A DNA stretch of 64,000 nt from Octopus sinensis (taxonomy: Eukaryota): assembly GCF_006345805.1 (NCBI RefSeq), contig NC_043010.1, positions 7,874,001 through 7,938,000 of the forward strand, given 5' to 3'. A program made the position numbers and the translations under genes. A model generated the notes under the pieces. The model made no database searches, had not been told where the DNA came from, and saw only the letters and a program-made list of their open reading frames with translations. Every line of letters starts with the position of its first letter. Position 1 is the first letter of the stretch. This document shows, piece by piece, positions 49,100-63,405 of the stretch.

Positions 49100-49623
49100 T
49101 ATTTAATAGCATTTTTTTCTTCATTTTGCTTTAGTAAAGAAATAGGTATAGCCCAAGGTACTACATAGTGGGATTGAACCCAAAACGACATAGTTGCAAA
49201 GCAAGCTACTTAACCCCACACATTATTGCTTGATTCCTTATTGTTAATTTCAAGGATGATAATGTTACATTAACATAAGAATGAATATGTTATGTTGCAA
49301 TTTGTGTTCTATGCAAGGCTAGTTCCCTCTTATCATAAGGAATAGGGATAATGAGAAAAAGGAAAGGTGGGTAATGAGAAAAAGGAAAGGTGGGCAATGG
49401 GAAAGGTGGGGAGTGAAAAAGGTGGGGACAGAGAATAAAGAATAAGGCACATTATTCCAACTTTATTGAACATCACATCTCACGTGTAATAATTGCTTTT
49501 ATATTTGGTACATTAATATTTCACAGGTGAAGAAAGTTTTAATGGTAGGATCAAGTACATACATGTACGTATATATATGTATGTGTATGTATGTATGCAT
49601 GCATGTATGTATGGCTCTCTCTC

Positions 49624-49654
<31 letters not shown>

Positions 49655-51022
49655 ATGTGTGTGTGTGTGTGTGTGTGTGAGTGTATGTGTGTGTATATTC
49701 ATATATGTGTGTGTGTGTGTGTGTGAGCGCGCGTGTGTGTGTATGTGTGTGTGTGTGTGTATATTCATATGTGTGTGTGTGTGCGCGTGTGTGTGTGTAT
49801 GTGTGTGTGAGTGTGTGTGTATGTGTGTGTGTATATTCATATATATATATATATATATATATAAATATGTATATATATATTTATAAATGCATACACACAT
49901 GCACACATACAGAGTAAAAGATGAAAGTACAATGAGAAATATTAAGTACATTAACAAAATAAAAAAATGTAGAACATATAATATTAATAGACAAGGGAAA
50001 TATATCATTAAATAAGATGAAACTATTCTTATACTATTGCTGAATTATCTTCTCTTTGCTGCTTTTATGCAAGTATTAACATTAACAGTGTCAGCTGGTT
50101 GAACAATTTACAATTTACAGCCTATTCACTGCTTATTGATGTGTCCCTGGCAAAGACACTTAACTGTTTTGTGCACTGAATTTGCTTAGCTTGTAAATTG
50201 ATAGGAGAGATTATAGGGATGGATAGGTTTAATTCCTAGTGTATCAGATAAAATGCTTTTCTAAGTATTTTGTTTTAGCACATTATGTTCTGGGATCAAA
50301 TCTCACTGATGCAGGACTTGCCTTTCATCTGTCTGGGGTTGATCGATAAAATAACATTCCAGCCAAGGCCATGAATAAATAAATATATAAATAAATAAAT
50401 AAATTCATAAATTGAACAAAAATGTCTCTCTTGAGCCTACAGGAACTTGGGGTAGTCAAAGTTTACCTGAGGTGTTTTGGTGAATGAAAGTACAAAACTT
50501 GTCACCTCCCCTTCAGTGAGATGTCACTCCATTGTCAGGTGAACTCCACCAGCTCCTGCTGGGTCTGATTTTCAGCTGTACAGCTTAGATCAACACAAAA
50601 TGAAGTGCCTTGCTCAAGGACACTCATGTTAAGAATCAAAGCCCATCAACAAACAGTCATAAACCTAATACTGTAACTACTGGGTAATGCATCTTCCCAT
50701 CAGTTCAGTATTAAGGTGGATTTAATATTTCTGTAGTGCTTCCTAGTTGTGATTAGAAGAAGAAGACAAAAAGGCAAAAAATATTTTTACACATCCATGT
50801 ACATATATACATACATACATACCTATATATATATATACTACTAATATAGGATGAAGTTTTTTTTCTACAGAAAAAGAATTCCATCTCAGCCGGCTTGCCC
50901 AATTTCAGTTCTTCGTGTTTTTTCCTGTACCGAGTAAATAATATGTGGAAATTGACGATTTAATAGTCTGTTATCAGCATATTGGCATTGAAATAATTTT
51001 CTTTAGCCCTAACTTATAAGGT

Positions 51023-51054
<32 letters not shown>

Positions 51055-51055
<1 letters not shown>

Positions 51056-52034
51056 TGGGTCATCTCATAAATAATGCAGTTTTTTCAATTGCATGGGCTA
51101 AAAATCAGAGGAAGACAGGATAATCTACCTGCATCAACTTGCTATAAAAGCAGGTAGTAATTTTACCTTGTCCTTATTCATAGTGCAAGTTTTGAAGAGT
51201 GCAGTTCGATTTTAACAGTTATTATTTCAATGATATAATGGAAGTGACACAGGGCATACATATTTGGCATATTTTGTTTCATGAGTTCAATAAAAGCCAC
51301 AAAGCAACGGAAAGAGTGAGAAACATTTATGCAGAATATGGGGATCATACAATAAGTGTAAGCCAGTGTCAGCGATAGTTCCAGAAATTCCAAGCTGGAA
51401 ACTACAGCCTAGAAGACAAGCCTCATCCTGGAAGATCTGTAGAGCTCAACGAGGAAGTGTTGCAAAACCTGGTGGAACCAAATCCCATCATAATTGTTAA
51501 AGAACTAGCAGAGAAATTTGGATTTGGTCATTCAAACATTCAGCAACACCTGCATGCCATCAGAAAAGTCAGTAAATTGGATCAAAGGGTTCCTCACAAA
51601 CTTTCCGAGTGTAAGCACATGCAGAGATTGAAGGTGTAATCTTCTCTGCTGCCACGTCTCATGAATGAACCATTTTTTGGACCAAATAGTGACTGATGAT
51701 GAGAAATGTGTTCTCTATATAAATGTCAAGCACTGTAGACAGTGGGTAAGGAAAGGAGAAGCATTAATACCCCGTTGCCTCATCTGATTATCAATTATTA
51801 TTTAGTCTTCAAACTTATTTGGATGGAAAAAATATGAATTCTGTAGACACGGTCAGAACAATAGTGGAGGAGTATTTTTCATCATGGACAAGAGTGAATT
51901 GCAAGTCTACCAGATAGATGGAAGAGCATTGTAGAAAATGAAAGAGAGTATATTTTAGATTAAAAAACAACTTTGTTTATCTTAATTTTGAAAAATAAAA
52001 GAAATATAAAAAACTGCATTATTTACAGGATGAC

Positions 52035-52038
<4 letters not shown>
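51055..52038 (+). mobile_element. Internally deleted mariner (D,D34D-type) transposon in (TA)n
   Basis: TIRs ttgggtcatc..taaataatgcagttttt / aaaaactgcattatttacaggatgacccaa with TA TSD; remnants RVPHKL (WVPHEL-like), IVTDDEK, LPDRWKSIVEN. Confidence 0.9.
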
Positions 52039-52076
<38 letters not shown>

Positions 52077-52135
52077 TATGTATGCATGTATGTATGAATA
52101 TATATACATACATATATATATACATACACATATAT

Positions 52136-52191
<56 letters not shown>

Positions 52192-52214
52192 GTATATGTA
52201 TACATATATATATG

Positions 52215-52245
<31 letters not shown>

Positions 52246-52275
52246 ATATGTGTATATGTATATATATGTGTATAG

Positions 52276-52306
<31 letters not shown>

Positions 52307-52310
52307 GGGC

Positions 52311-52350
<40 letters not shown>

Positions 52351-52650
52351 AGACTCTTTAATTAAAATACAAATAGATTTAAAATTTTAAACACTGTTTA
52401 ATGATAATCAGCAAGTACAGCTAACATATTGATTAAAATAATAATTGACTTTTGATATTCTATACTATTACAGGATGTCTGTTTAATTAAGTTGAGAAAA
52501 GAAATTATTTTTGTTTTGATTCGCATTCTTCATTTAATTATCATTTATTGATATACACTAATACGCTGAACTTGTGACAGGAAATAGTTTTAAATGGAAT
52601 TTTCTCCAATGAATATTGGAACCTACCAGTCTTTATTACTTAGGCATATA

Positions 52651-53136
52651 TCTTTATATATAAAAGTGAGGTTGTGTGCTGTCTGTCTCCTACGATTTAG
52701 ATTCCTAACTACTCCCACATTTTGCGGTGCAGTTTAACCAAAACTGGGTATCTTATAGTCGTGATTCATATCGAGCCCTTCTGGGTATTAGCGCGCGTCT
52801 ACGATGAGTCTACAGCTTTTAAAAAAATTTACCATCATTTTTTCCATTTAAATGCATTTTTTTGCTATTATATAAGGGAAGTAACTCTCTAAAAATGTCT
52901 ATGATGAGTCTACGATTTAAAAAAAATTTACCATCATTTTTTCCATTTTAATGCATTTTTTTCGCTATTATATAAGGGAAGTAACTAGCTAAAAATGTCT
53001 ACGATGTGTCAACGATTTAAAAAAAAATTTACCATCATTTTTTTCCATTTTTAATGCATTTTTTTGCAAACCCGAGCAAACCCGAGCATTTTTTTGCTCC
53101 CTTACAAACCCGAGCAACGCCGGGCGATACTGCTAG
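52651..53136 (+). mobile_element. Non-autonomous Helitron, short family, with internal triplication
   Basis: A|TCTTTATATATAAAAG ... CCCGAGCAACGCCGGG cgatactg CTAG|T. Confidence 0.9.
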
Positions 53137-53392
53137 TATATGATATACTTAGAACTTATATAAAGCTATAATTACATTATATCATTATAAAAGAGCTAGT
53201 ATTTTTGCTTAAATCTAAAGAAATTAAACTCTTATACATACATACATATTGATATATGACTATTATTCTTACTGAATATAAAAATAACTTTTATTATCAT
53301 CATAGGCATCATGTAGTGTAATGCTCAACAGTAATATATCTTTTATATTCACTATTTTATATTCTAAAAAATAAATCAGTGCTTTATATATT

Positions 53393-53925
53393 ACTCTTTA
53401 CTCTTTTACTTGTTTCAGTCATTTGACTGCAACCGTGCTGGAGCACCGCCTTTAATCGAGCAACTCAACCTCGGGACTTATTCTTTGTAAGCCCAGCACT
53501 TATTCTATCGGTCTCTTTTTGCCGAACTGCTAAGTGACGGGGACGTAAACACACCAGCATCGGTTGTCAAGCAATGGTAGGGGGACAAATACAGACACAC
53601 AAACATACACACACATACATTATATATATACACACACACATACATTATATATATACACACACATACATTATATATATATACATATATACATATACATAAA
53701 CAGCAGTGCATCAGCATGGCCGCAGCTCTGAGCTGAAACTAGAAAAAAAAAGAAAAATAACCGACAGGCTTCTTTCAGTTTCTGTCTACCAAATCCACTC
53801 ACAAGGCATTGGTCAGCTCGAGGCTATAGCAGAAGACACTTGCCCAAGATGCCACGCAGTGGGACTGAACCCGGAACCATGTGGTTGCTAAGCAAGCTAC
53901 TTACCACACAGCCACTCCTGCGCCT
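53393..53925 (-). mobile_element. SINE family A containing a short plus-strand LINE-tail insertion (~53705-53758)
   Basis: cagcatggccgcagctctgagctgaaactag(A)n matches the 32447-32490 LINE tail. Confidence 0.8.
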
Positions 53926-54291
53926 ATTCTGCATCATCAAAATGTAATGATTTAACAGAATGGTTAAAATGTAGGATAGGAAGCTTCAGTGTGTTTGTTC
54001 TGTCTCTCTGTGCTCTTAGTTCATATATTACCTTATCTGTCTGGCTATATTTATCAATATATACGCATTCAGCAGAGAAGAAACTAAATTCTCGGATATG
54101 AGATAAAGCCGATGATGTGTGTGTGTGTGTCAGGTGAGGCACAAACATTTTCAAGTGCAAGATGAAAAGTTTTTTAATGTAAATGTAGCATAAATATTTT
54201 ATTTTATTTCATACCATTTCACATCATTTCATTTCCTTGGAAAATTTGAAGGCATTCTGTACTTGTATATAAATAAACTATCTCTCTCTCT

Positions 54292-54696
54292 CTTTACTCT
54301 CTTTCATTTGTTTCAGTCATTTGACTGCAGCCATGCTGGAGCATCGCCTTTAGTCGAGCAAATTGACCCCAGGACTTATTCTTTGAAAAAGCCTAGTACT
54401 TATTCTATCGGTCTCTTTTTGCTGAACCGCTAAGTTACGGGGACGTAAACACACCAGCATCAATTGTCAAGTGATGTTGGGGGGACAAACACAGACACAC
54501 AAACACACACACACACATACATACATATATATACGACAGGCTTCTCTCAGTTTCCGTCTACCAAATCCACTCACAAGGCTTTGGTCGGCCCGAGGCTATA
54601 GCAGAAGACACTTGCCCAAGGTGCCACGCAGTGGGACTGAACCCAGAACCATGTGGTTGGTAAGCAAGCTACTTTACCGCACAGCCACTCCTGCGC
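54292..54696 (-). mobile_element. SINE family A, full length
   Basis: Reverse complement of 4201-4616. Confidence 0.9.
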
Positions 54697-55539
54697 AAAC
54701 TAAAATAATATTCTAACGATCAGAAGTGCCAGAAGAATTGCAAGAAAATAAAAGAACAATTTAGAATATATAAAACAACAGCAAGTACCAAAAACACAAC
54801 CAGTAATATTGGTTCCATCCTGCAATATTTGAGATATCCAGAAGTGCCAAATTTCTTAATCTGAACATATTCAATACAGTTATAAATTTTAAGCATTACA
54901 AGGTGATTTACACATGGAACATTCTTCCTGCTGCTGTTACCAAGGAAATATTAAACTCCAGCCACTGTAACTAACTTGATCCTGAGTTCAAGAAGCACTT
55001 TAATATCTCCAATTCCGATGTAATCAATTTTAAACAATAACAGACACCACAATAAAAACTGAATTTATTTTTCACCAAATATCACCGGGCTTAGCATTGA
55101 ATATTCCTTAATCGCAGTCTTTGAAATTACAGCTTTAAAGTCACAAGGTATACTACAGCACATTATTACATTATATAAAGCCATATGTATTGTGACGGTT
55201 ATAACAACACAGTGCACACAGCCCAGTTGTACATCTTTGGAATTTCATTATATTACTCAGAATTCTGAGAAAATTTTTTAAAAGATGAAGAGGAAAGTAT
55301 CCTACTGAAGTCCTAGACAACCATATTTATGAGGAAATTCTATAAAACTATTTGCAGTTTTCTGGGTTTCATTTTATTGCCATCTTTCTTATACAGTAAT
55401 ATTTTCTTTAGGCACCAAAATAATAGATTATATTTGTTTTATGTTTATATACAATATTTAATAATAAGCAGAATAAATACTATTTTATAATTCATTATTT
55501 AAATTTGTCCATGTGTGTGCATGTAGGTGTGTGAGCACG

Positions 55540-55578
<39 letters not shown>

Positions 55579-55587
55579 TATATATAT

Positions 55588-55644
<57 letters not shown>

Positions 55645-55686
55645 TACATAAGCATGTGTATATGTTTGTGTGTATTATATATGTAT

Positions 55687-55738
<52 letters not shown>

Positions 55739-55750
55739 CATATATGCATA

Positions 55751-55840
<90 letters not shown>

Positions 55841-56575
55841 GTTATTATTTCTATAACATATATTAAAGATAGTATTTGATTTATAGCTGAAACAGAGAAT
55901 TTAATATAAAAAAAACCAAACAATACAATAAAAATCTGCCCAAAATAAAAACATAAATGCGACATTAAAAATGTTATGAGATTGTGCATCTAGTTTAAAG
56001 ACTATTTATGTTATGACATTGCTAATTGAAAACATATTATTTAGACATTATCCATTAAAACTGATATTTTTGACAGAAACACCTCAATCAGAAACACACC
56101 ACTTAGGCAGAAAACTATGAATGCATTGAACAAAGATAAATAATCTGCAGCTATAATTTGTTCAGAAAATTATTAAAACATAACTAATTTGATTGTCAGA
56201 AAGAGCACATAATTAAAACGTAATTAAACAGGCAAATGAGGTAGCATACGATCTGTAAAATAATTGTCAACTTTAGAAATAAAATGAATCTAGACATTAT
56301 CTATACAGGACAATTATTTGGTCTTTTTTTATTTAGATATGAGATTCAGCATCATTAAATTAATTTATACTTAAAGAGGTTCTTTTAATTTATGTTAGAT
56401 AAGAATACAACACAAAACTGAATGCAGAATATGCAAAACTCTCCAAAATGGAACCTAGCGCAGCTCTCCAGGTTGCCAGCTCTCGTCACATTATCCAACC
56501 CATGCCAGCATATCAAATGGACGTTAAAGGATTATAATGATGATGATAATGATCTAAGCTCACCATGATGCAATG

Positions 56576-56984
56576 GGATCTTTTCGGTTTGAACGGCAAT
56601 TTTTAACATAATTTCTAGGTAACTAAAAAATTTTGAACTTCGTATACTGGTAGAATGCGTTTATAAAACATCGTTTTCTCTTGGATTTATTGAGAAAATT
56701 CTATAGTTTGTAAGATATTTGTTGTTTTTTTTTCTTCAATTTCTGCAATTTCAATCAATCATTGACGTCTATTGAGGTAAAAACATTCTGTGCCGCATGA
56801 ATATGTCCCTCATTTAAGAAATAGATTGGGCTTATTTACATTTGTGAAGAAAAACAGATATCCTTCCCCGCCCCTAACCCTAAAACAGATTGAAATGCAA
56901 TAGCTCAATACTAGGGTCATAATTATGGGTAACAATTTCATATGACACTGCTAGAAAAAACTGCCGTTCAAACCGATAAGATCC
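56576..56984. mobile_element. MITE with 23-bp TIRs and 8-bp TSD (possibly Merlin-type)
   Basis: ATGCAATG|GGATCTTTTCGGTTTGAACGGCA...TGCCGTTCAAACCGATAAGATCC|ATGCAATG. Confidence 0.8.
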
Positions 56985-57656
56985 ATGCAATGAAATAGCC
57001 TTTATGTATTTATTTGATCTGCTAGAAATATCAGTAAAGTTGCCTTCGATTCACACCCTACCTTCTTAAAAGTGTAAGAACTCATTAGGCAATGTAGGCT
57101 GAGATATACAAAAGATGGAATACATACAGCTAGAATCCTCCTTTGGAATCATAGATCAGTTCAGTCAAAGAAGAGATGAGCTAAAACAATGCCAACAATT
57201 ATGGAAATATGGAAATGAGAGTAATTCTTGATGTAACTGTTATTGTTTAGCTAGCCTTGATTAAATGTATTTCATCTATGACTATCTCGGATTTTTAAGG
57301 ATAGGCTTGTGGCTTAGTGGTTAGGGTGATGGGCTTATGACAATAAGGTTGAGAGTTCAATTCTTTGGCCAAATGACATGTATCCTATCCTTGAGTGAGG
57401 CATTTTATTTCATGTTGCTCCAGTCTACATGAAAACGAGTACCAAGCTATTGCTGATGCAGCTCTTTTTTTCCCCATCATTAGTCACATCGTTGATGCTC
57501 TACTAAGTCGTGGATTTCAGAAAGACTGAGATAGCTGTTTGCACAATTAGTGAAAGCATGATATGAGTCATTATGTCATATTCACATGCAAGTGATTGTT
57601 GTAGATTTTCTATGACAATGTTATCCAGTATGTTCCTCTACTCGTAAAAATAATCA

Positions 57657-58221
57657 CTGGGTTGTCCAGAAAGTTTGTGCCGATTTATAGTAGCTTACAT
57701 TTCGACTTATTTTAGAACATGGTTGAGTCCATAAAATAGGATTTGACTACACCTCCGTTTAGAGCACAGTTTAAGCTATCTTTCTGTGGAAGAAGGTTTA
57801 TGTTCCTATAACTTGTGTTAATTCTGTAACCCTTTAAAATGGAAGATAAGGAAGTTCATTTTCGGCACTTGATGCTTTGGGAACCAGACAAAAATTGCTG
57901 CAGCTCAGCTGGGATGTGTTACCCCACCCTCCATATTCACCAGATATTGCTCCTTCAGATTTCCACTTATTCAGGTCTCTGCAGAATAGTCTTAATGGTA
58001 AAAATTTCAATTCCTTGGATGATGTAAGAAGATACCTTGATGAATTCTTTGCCATGAAACCACCTCAATTCTGGGAAGAGGGTATTTTCAAGTTAAAGGA
58101 AAGATGGAGACGTATTGTGCAACAAAATGGTTCATATTTGGTTGATTAAAAATGTAATGGCAAGTATTTTTTGACCTTTTCTTTCCTTTAAAATTCGGCA
58201 TGAACTTTCCGGACAACCCAA
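57657..58221 (+). mobile_element. Internally deleted mariner with ~28-bp TIRs
   Basis: tgggttgtccagaaagtttgtgccgattt / aaattcggcatgaactttccggacaaccca. Confidence 0.9.
57877..58149 (+). pseudogene. mariner transposase C-terminal fragment
   Basis: WDVLPHPPYSPDIAPSDFHLFRSL...KLKERWRRIVQQNGSY; YSPDLAP motif plus third catalytic Asp; N-terminal MEDKEVHFRHLML at 57839 in another frame. Confidence 0.9.
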
Positions 58222-58518
58222 CAGATATGATTTGGAGGTGATTTGGTTGCTATTTCTTGCAGGTCATGCAGTCACACGAGGCTTGTTTTTCACTTATTCT
58301 GCTGTAAGTTAGTGTGTTATATATTATCAAAAACAGCACATAACTCTGCTGGCTTCAGTTTGTCTTCTTGATAACAAGTAAAGCTCTAACTTATCAGTAG
58401 AACTGAGGATGTTGCTGTTGGGTAACACCAAATCAGCTGATTAAGCAGACTTATAATCAAAGGCATTTCAGCTGTGACCATCCTATGGTTTATGGTATAG
58501 TAGTATACCCTAGACCGT

Positions 58519-58902
58519 GGAGGCGCAATGGCCCAGTGGTTAGGGCAGCGGACTCGCGGTCATAGGATCGCGGTTTCGATTCCCAGACCGGGCGTTGTGA
58601 GTGTTTATTGAGCGAAAACACCTAAAAGCTCCACGAGGCTCCGGCAGGGGATGGTGGTGATCCCTGCTGTACTCTTTCACCACAACTTTCTCTCACTCTT
58701 ACTTCCTGTTTCTGTTGTACCTGTATTTCAAGGGGCCGGCCTTGTCACTCTCTGTGTCACGCTGAATATCCCCGAGAACTACGTTAAGGGTGCACATGTC
58801 TGTGGAGTGCTCAGCCACTTACACGTTAATTTCATGAGCGGGCTGTTCCGTTGATTCGGATCAACCGGAACCCTCGTCGTTGTAACCGACGGAGTGCTTC
58901 CA
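58519..58902 (+). mobile_element. SINE family C with tail type 1
   Basis: Near-identical to 1381-1761; flanking ccctagacc duplication. Confidence 0.9.
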
Positions 58903-59851
58903 CCACCCTAGACCACTTTATCCAATGTGGCTTTTGTTCAGGAGATAGAGACTATGTTCAGAAGAATAAAAGAAGTTACCTTCTCGAGTCATACAGATTC
59001 ATAAGGGACAGATTCCTACTTTCACATAGTATATATTCTCCTCCTGGACAGGACGCTGGTCCTTCACAGGATTACTCACTTTCGCCAGCTGAGTGAACTG
59101 GAGCAACATGAAATGAAGTGTTTTGCTCAAGAACACAATGCATCGCCCGGTCCAGGAATTGAAACCACAATCTTATGATCATGAGTCCAACACCAAAATC
59201 ACTGGGCCATGTGCCTCCACTTTATCTTAAGGGAGATTTGGCAAGTATTTCTAGCTGGCCAAGCAGCCACATAGAGACGTGACTCTCTGTCTGTCTGTCT
59301 GTCTGTCCCTCTCTCTCTCTCTCATTTGAAAGAGAGGGCAGATGTAGACAGTGTACTCAGCCTCATTTCTATGTAACTTGCCAAATTTATAAAAGCACCA
59401 CACACATTTGTTAGGCACTGAAATAAAGATCTAATGAAACCAAAATCAATGTTTTATTATGCTTTGTGTTAATCTAATTAGGAGCAAAATATAAATCACA
59501 TTTAATTATTGCTAACAATGCTTGATTAAGCTAGTCTTTACTCAAAAAATGAGCTAAGAGAAATAACACAGAATGGCCAGTGGTATGCATTTGAAGAACA
59601 TAGACAAACACAAGTATGTCAAATAGCAAACAATATAAATTCTTGATTTATTAAAATTATTTCCACCTTTAGAGAATGCATCATAAATACCAAACGGCAA
59701 TTAAGACTGGCTCCACTTGTGAAAGAGAGATAATCTCAATTACTCAAAGATACTCTAAAATTTACATGCCATTAATGAAAAGGGTAGACCTATTGTCTGG
59801 AGGTAAGAGGACACTCATGGACATGTGTTTCTGGCTCAACAGCCATCTTAA

Positions 59852-60072
59852 CCCTTTCGTTACCAACCCAGCTGAAACCGGCTCTGGTTCTAAGTACAAA
59901 TGTCTTGTTTTCATAAGTTTTGAATTAAAATCTTCCACCAAACCTCAGTCACAATTGATGTTCCTAACATTAGCTGAATGATAACTAAGTTAGTTTACTA
60001 AATTGTTTGTTATATTTAAAATTAATTCAAAGAAACACAGAGCATCTCAAAATAAATACAGTAACGAAAGGG
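59852..60072. mobile_element. piggyBac-type MITE P1
   Basis: TTAA|CCCTTTCGTTAC...GTAACGAAAGGG|TTAA. Confidence 0.9.
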
Positions 60073-61103
60073 TTAAGCACAATAAATTTCCAACCTTATC
60101 TTCAGTAGACAAAGGTCCTAGTCATTACTCAACTTGATATAAATTGCAGCCGAATATCCCTAAAAATCACAACATACTGCCTAGAAAACAAAACAAAGAC
60201 ACACCAGATAATATATTCTTAGACACTTCTAAAAAAAAGGTCTTTGGTCACAAATCTGTTTTATCACAGCAAGGCTGGGGTCAAACAACTGCAACAACTA
60301 ACAAGATGTATGTAGCATTCTTCCTCTTTGACATCCTTTTCCGTATTAGCATGTACAGCATCCCATGACTTAAAGCGATGCCGTTCATTTTATACAAGCT
60401 ACTCGGCTTTCACCATTCCTCCTTAATCATAGCAAGGTCAGCAGCTTTACTAAATTCTAATTCTGTAAGAGATTAGATGCTCCTTAACTTGGGTTATGGA
60501 GAGAAGTTTATTGTGTTGAAGAAACCGGGAAAAGACATGTTTCCCATGAGGCACTAAAAGAGGTAAACCTGCAGTAAAATACCTCAAATACAAATATCTA
60601 AATTCATAAAACCATTCAATCCATAATAAGACTCTTATTTATTAATTTGTTGTCAGTTGCTTTGCAAGTATGCTCTTTAGACAGACAATCTAGTGATTAT
60701 TCTGAAGATTAAAGATTACCAAAGCATACACAATAGAACAATTGCACTCATTCTAAATCCCAAGAGTTAATCTGTTTATATATATATATATATATAGACA
60801 TAAACAGACATATATTATATTAAACAGATATGTATGTGTATGTGTGTTTGTTTGTTTGTCATATGTTTGTCACACAGGATTAGATGTCAGAATTATGCTT
60901 TTGTCCAATCAGTCTTTGAATCAAATTTTACATATCAACATTACGAACCCATTACATCTGGAAACTCAAAAGTCGACATATTAACAATATTCCTTTAAAA
61001 CAGTGTACTGTCAGAACAGATCTGTAATACTTATATGAAATACACATACATATACATATGAATGTGTGTAAATATATGTATTTCATACAAGTGTATATGT
61101 CTA

Positions 61104-61182
<79 letters not shown>

Positions 61183-61183
61183 A

Positions 61184-61232
<49 letters not shown>

Positions 61233-61241
61233 CCTGTCTAC

Positions 61242-61294
<53 letters not shown>

Positions 61295-61382
61295 ACCTTG
61301 TAATTTTGTCCTGTCTGTGTGCAGCCCTTTGTGGCTAATAAAGAAACATATCTATTTAATTACTTTATATATTTATAAAGGC

Positions 61383-61785
61383 ACAGGTATGGCTGTGTAA
61401 TAAGAAGCTTGCTTTCCAACCACATGGCTCTGGGTTTTGTTCCTCTTTGTGGCACCTTGGGCAAGTGTCTTCTATTTTAGCCTTGGGCCAATTAAAGCCT
61501 TTTGACAGGATTTGGTTGATGGAAACAGAATGAAACCCACTGAATGTATATATATATATGTGTGTGTGTGTCTTGGTGTCTGTGTTTGTCCCACCACCAC
61601 CACCACCACTTGACAGTTAGTGTTGGTATGTTTACATCCCTGTAACTTAGCAGCTCAGCAATAAGAGATAAACATAAGTACTAGGCTTCAAAATAAGTCC
61701 TGGGATCAATTTCTCCACCTAAAAGCCTTTGAGGCAGTGCCCCAGAATGGCCACAGTCAAATGATTGAAACAAGTAAAAGATAAA
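61383..61785 (+). mobile_element. Diverged SINE family A
   Basis: cacaggtatggctgtgt...ccttgggcaagtgtctt...gtgccccagaatggccacagtcaaatg. Confidence 0.75.
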
Positions 61786-61789
61786 AGAT

Positions 61790-61918
<129 letters not shown>

Positions 61919-62706
61919 TATATACATATATATATATATATGCATATATATATACACACACACACATATATATATATTTATGTATATATATATATATATA
62001 TATATATACGTAGACATACATATACATGTATGTATGTATGTATGTAGGTATATATATATAATATAGTTGGAGAACATTCTATAAGTGCTATATATACAAG
62101 ATGAATTAAGAAATCCATACAGTACAGTTTGTGTTGAACAATTTAAATAATTTATTTCACTTTCAACAGCAAATTGTCTGTATAGCTAATATTTGGACAT
62201 AGAATGTCTCAGATATAGCGTTGCTAAATCACGGAATCATCTGTATTTCTTTGGATTTAGCTCTGTAGTGAATGATTGTGACATTGTGCCAACTATGCAT
62301 GGAAGAAAGAAATTCAATGGGCACCTGTATGTGTAACTTCCAATATTATATCTACAGTGTTCTACACCAAAATGTCAGCTATATACATAGATAGACAATT
62401 TGTTTTGTGTGAATTAAATTGTATGATACAATACTGTATGGATTTTGTAATTCATTTTTCATATACATGTACTTATAGATACATTGTTATGCATATTCGA
62501 TGACACAGCGTACACTACATAAATGAATAAATACATTGCAAGACCATATCATGAGCCAAGTTCTATGTTATTTTTGACAGGCTTTAACCACAAGGGAGAA
62601 CATGTTGCTCTAACCGGCAAAAGATATCAATTCTAACCTTGTTGACTTTCAGTCAGTCCTTTGTGGTAGAATTAGAAACATCCATGCTCCCTCAGTCAAA
62701 TTATGA

Positions 62707-63027
62707 ATATGTATGTATGTATGTATGCATGTATGTGTGTGTGTATGTGTGTATGTATGTATATGTATGTATGTGTGCGTGCGTGCGTGTGTGTGTATGT
62801 ATGTATGTATGTATGTGTGTATGTATATGTATGTGTGTGTGTGTATGTATATGTCTGTGTGTGTATGTATGTATGTGTATGTATGTATGTATGTATGTAT
62901 GTATGTATGTGTGTGTATGTATGTATGTATGTGTGTGTATGTATGTATGTATGTATGTATGTGCGTATGTATGTATGTATGTATGTGTGTGTATGTATGT
63001 ATGTATGTATGTATGTGTGTATGTATG

Positions 63028-63059
<32 letters not shown>

Positions 63060-63133
63060 TGTATGTATGCGTGTATGTATGTATGTATGTATGTATGTAT
63101 GTATGTATGTATGTATGTATGTATGTATGTATG

Positions 63134-63165
<32 letters not shown>

Positions 63166-63405
63166 TGTATGTATGTATGCGTGTATGTATGTATGTATGT
63201 ATGTATGTATGTATGTATGTATGTATGTATGTATGTATGTATGTATGCGTGTATGTATGTATGTGTGTATGTATGTATATGTATGTATGTGTATGTATGT
63301 ATGTATGTATGTATGTATGCGTGTATGTATGTATGTAGTATGTATGTATGTATGTATGTATGTATATGTATGTATGTGTATGTCTGTGTGTGTATGTGTG
63401 TGTGT
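62707..63405. repeat. ~700-bp (TATG)n microsatellite
   Basis: Direct inspection. Confidence 0.95.
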
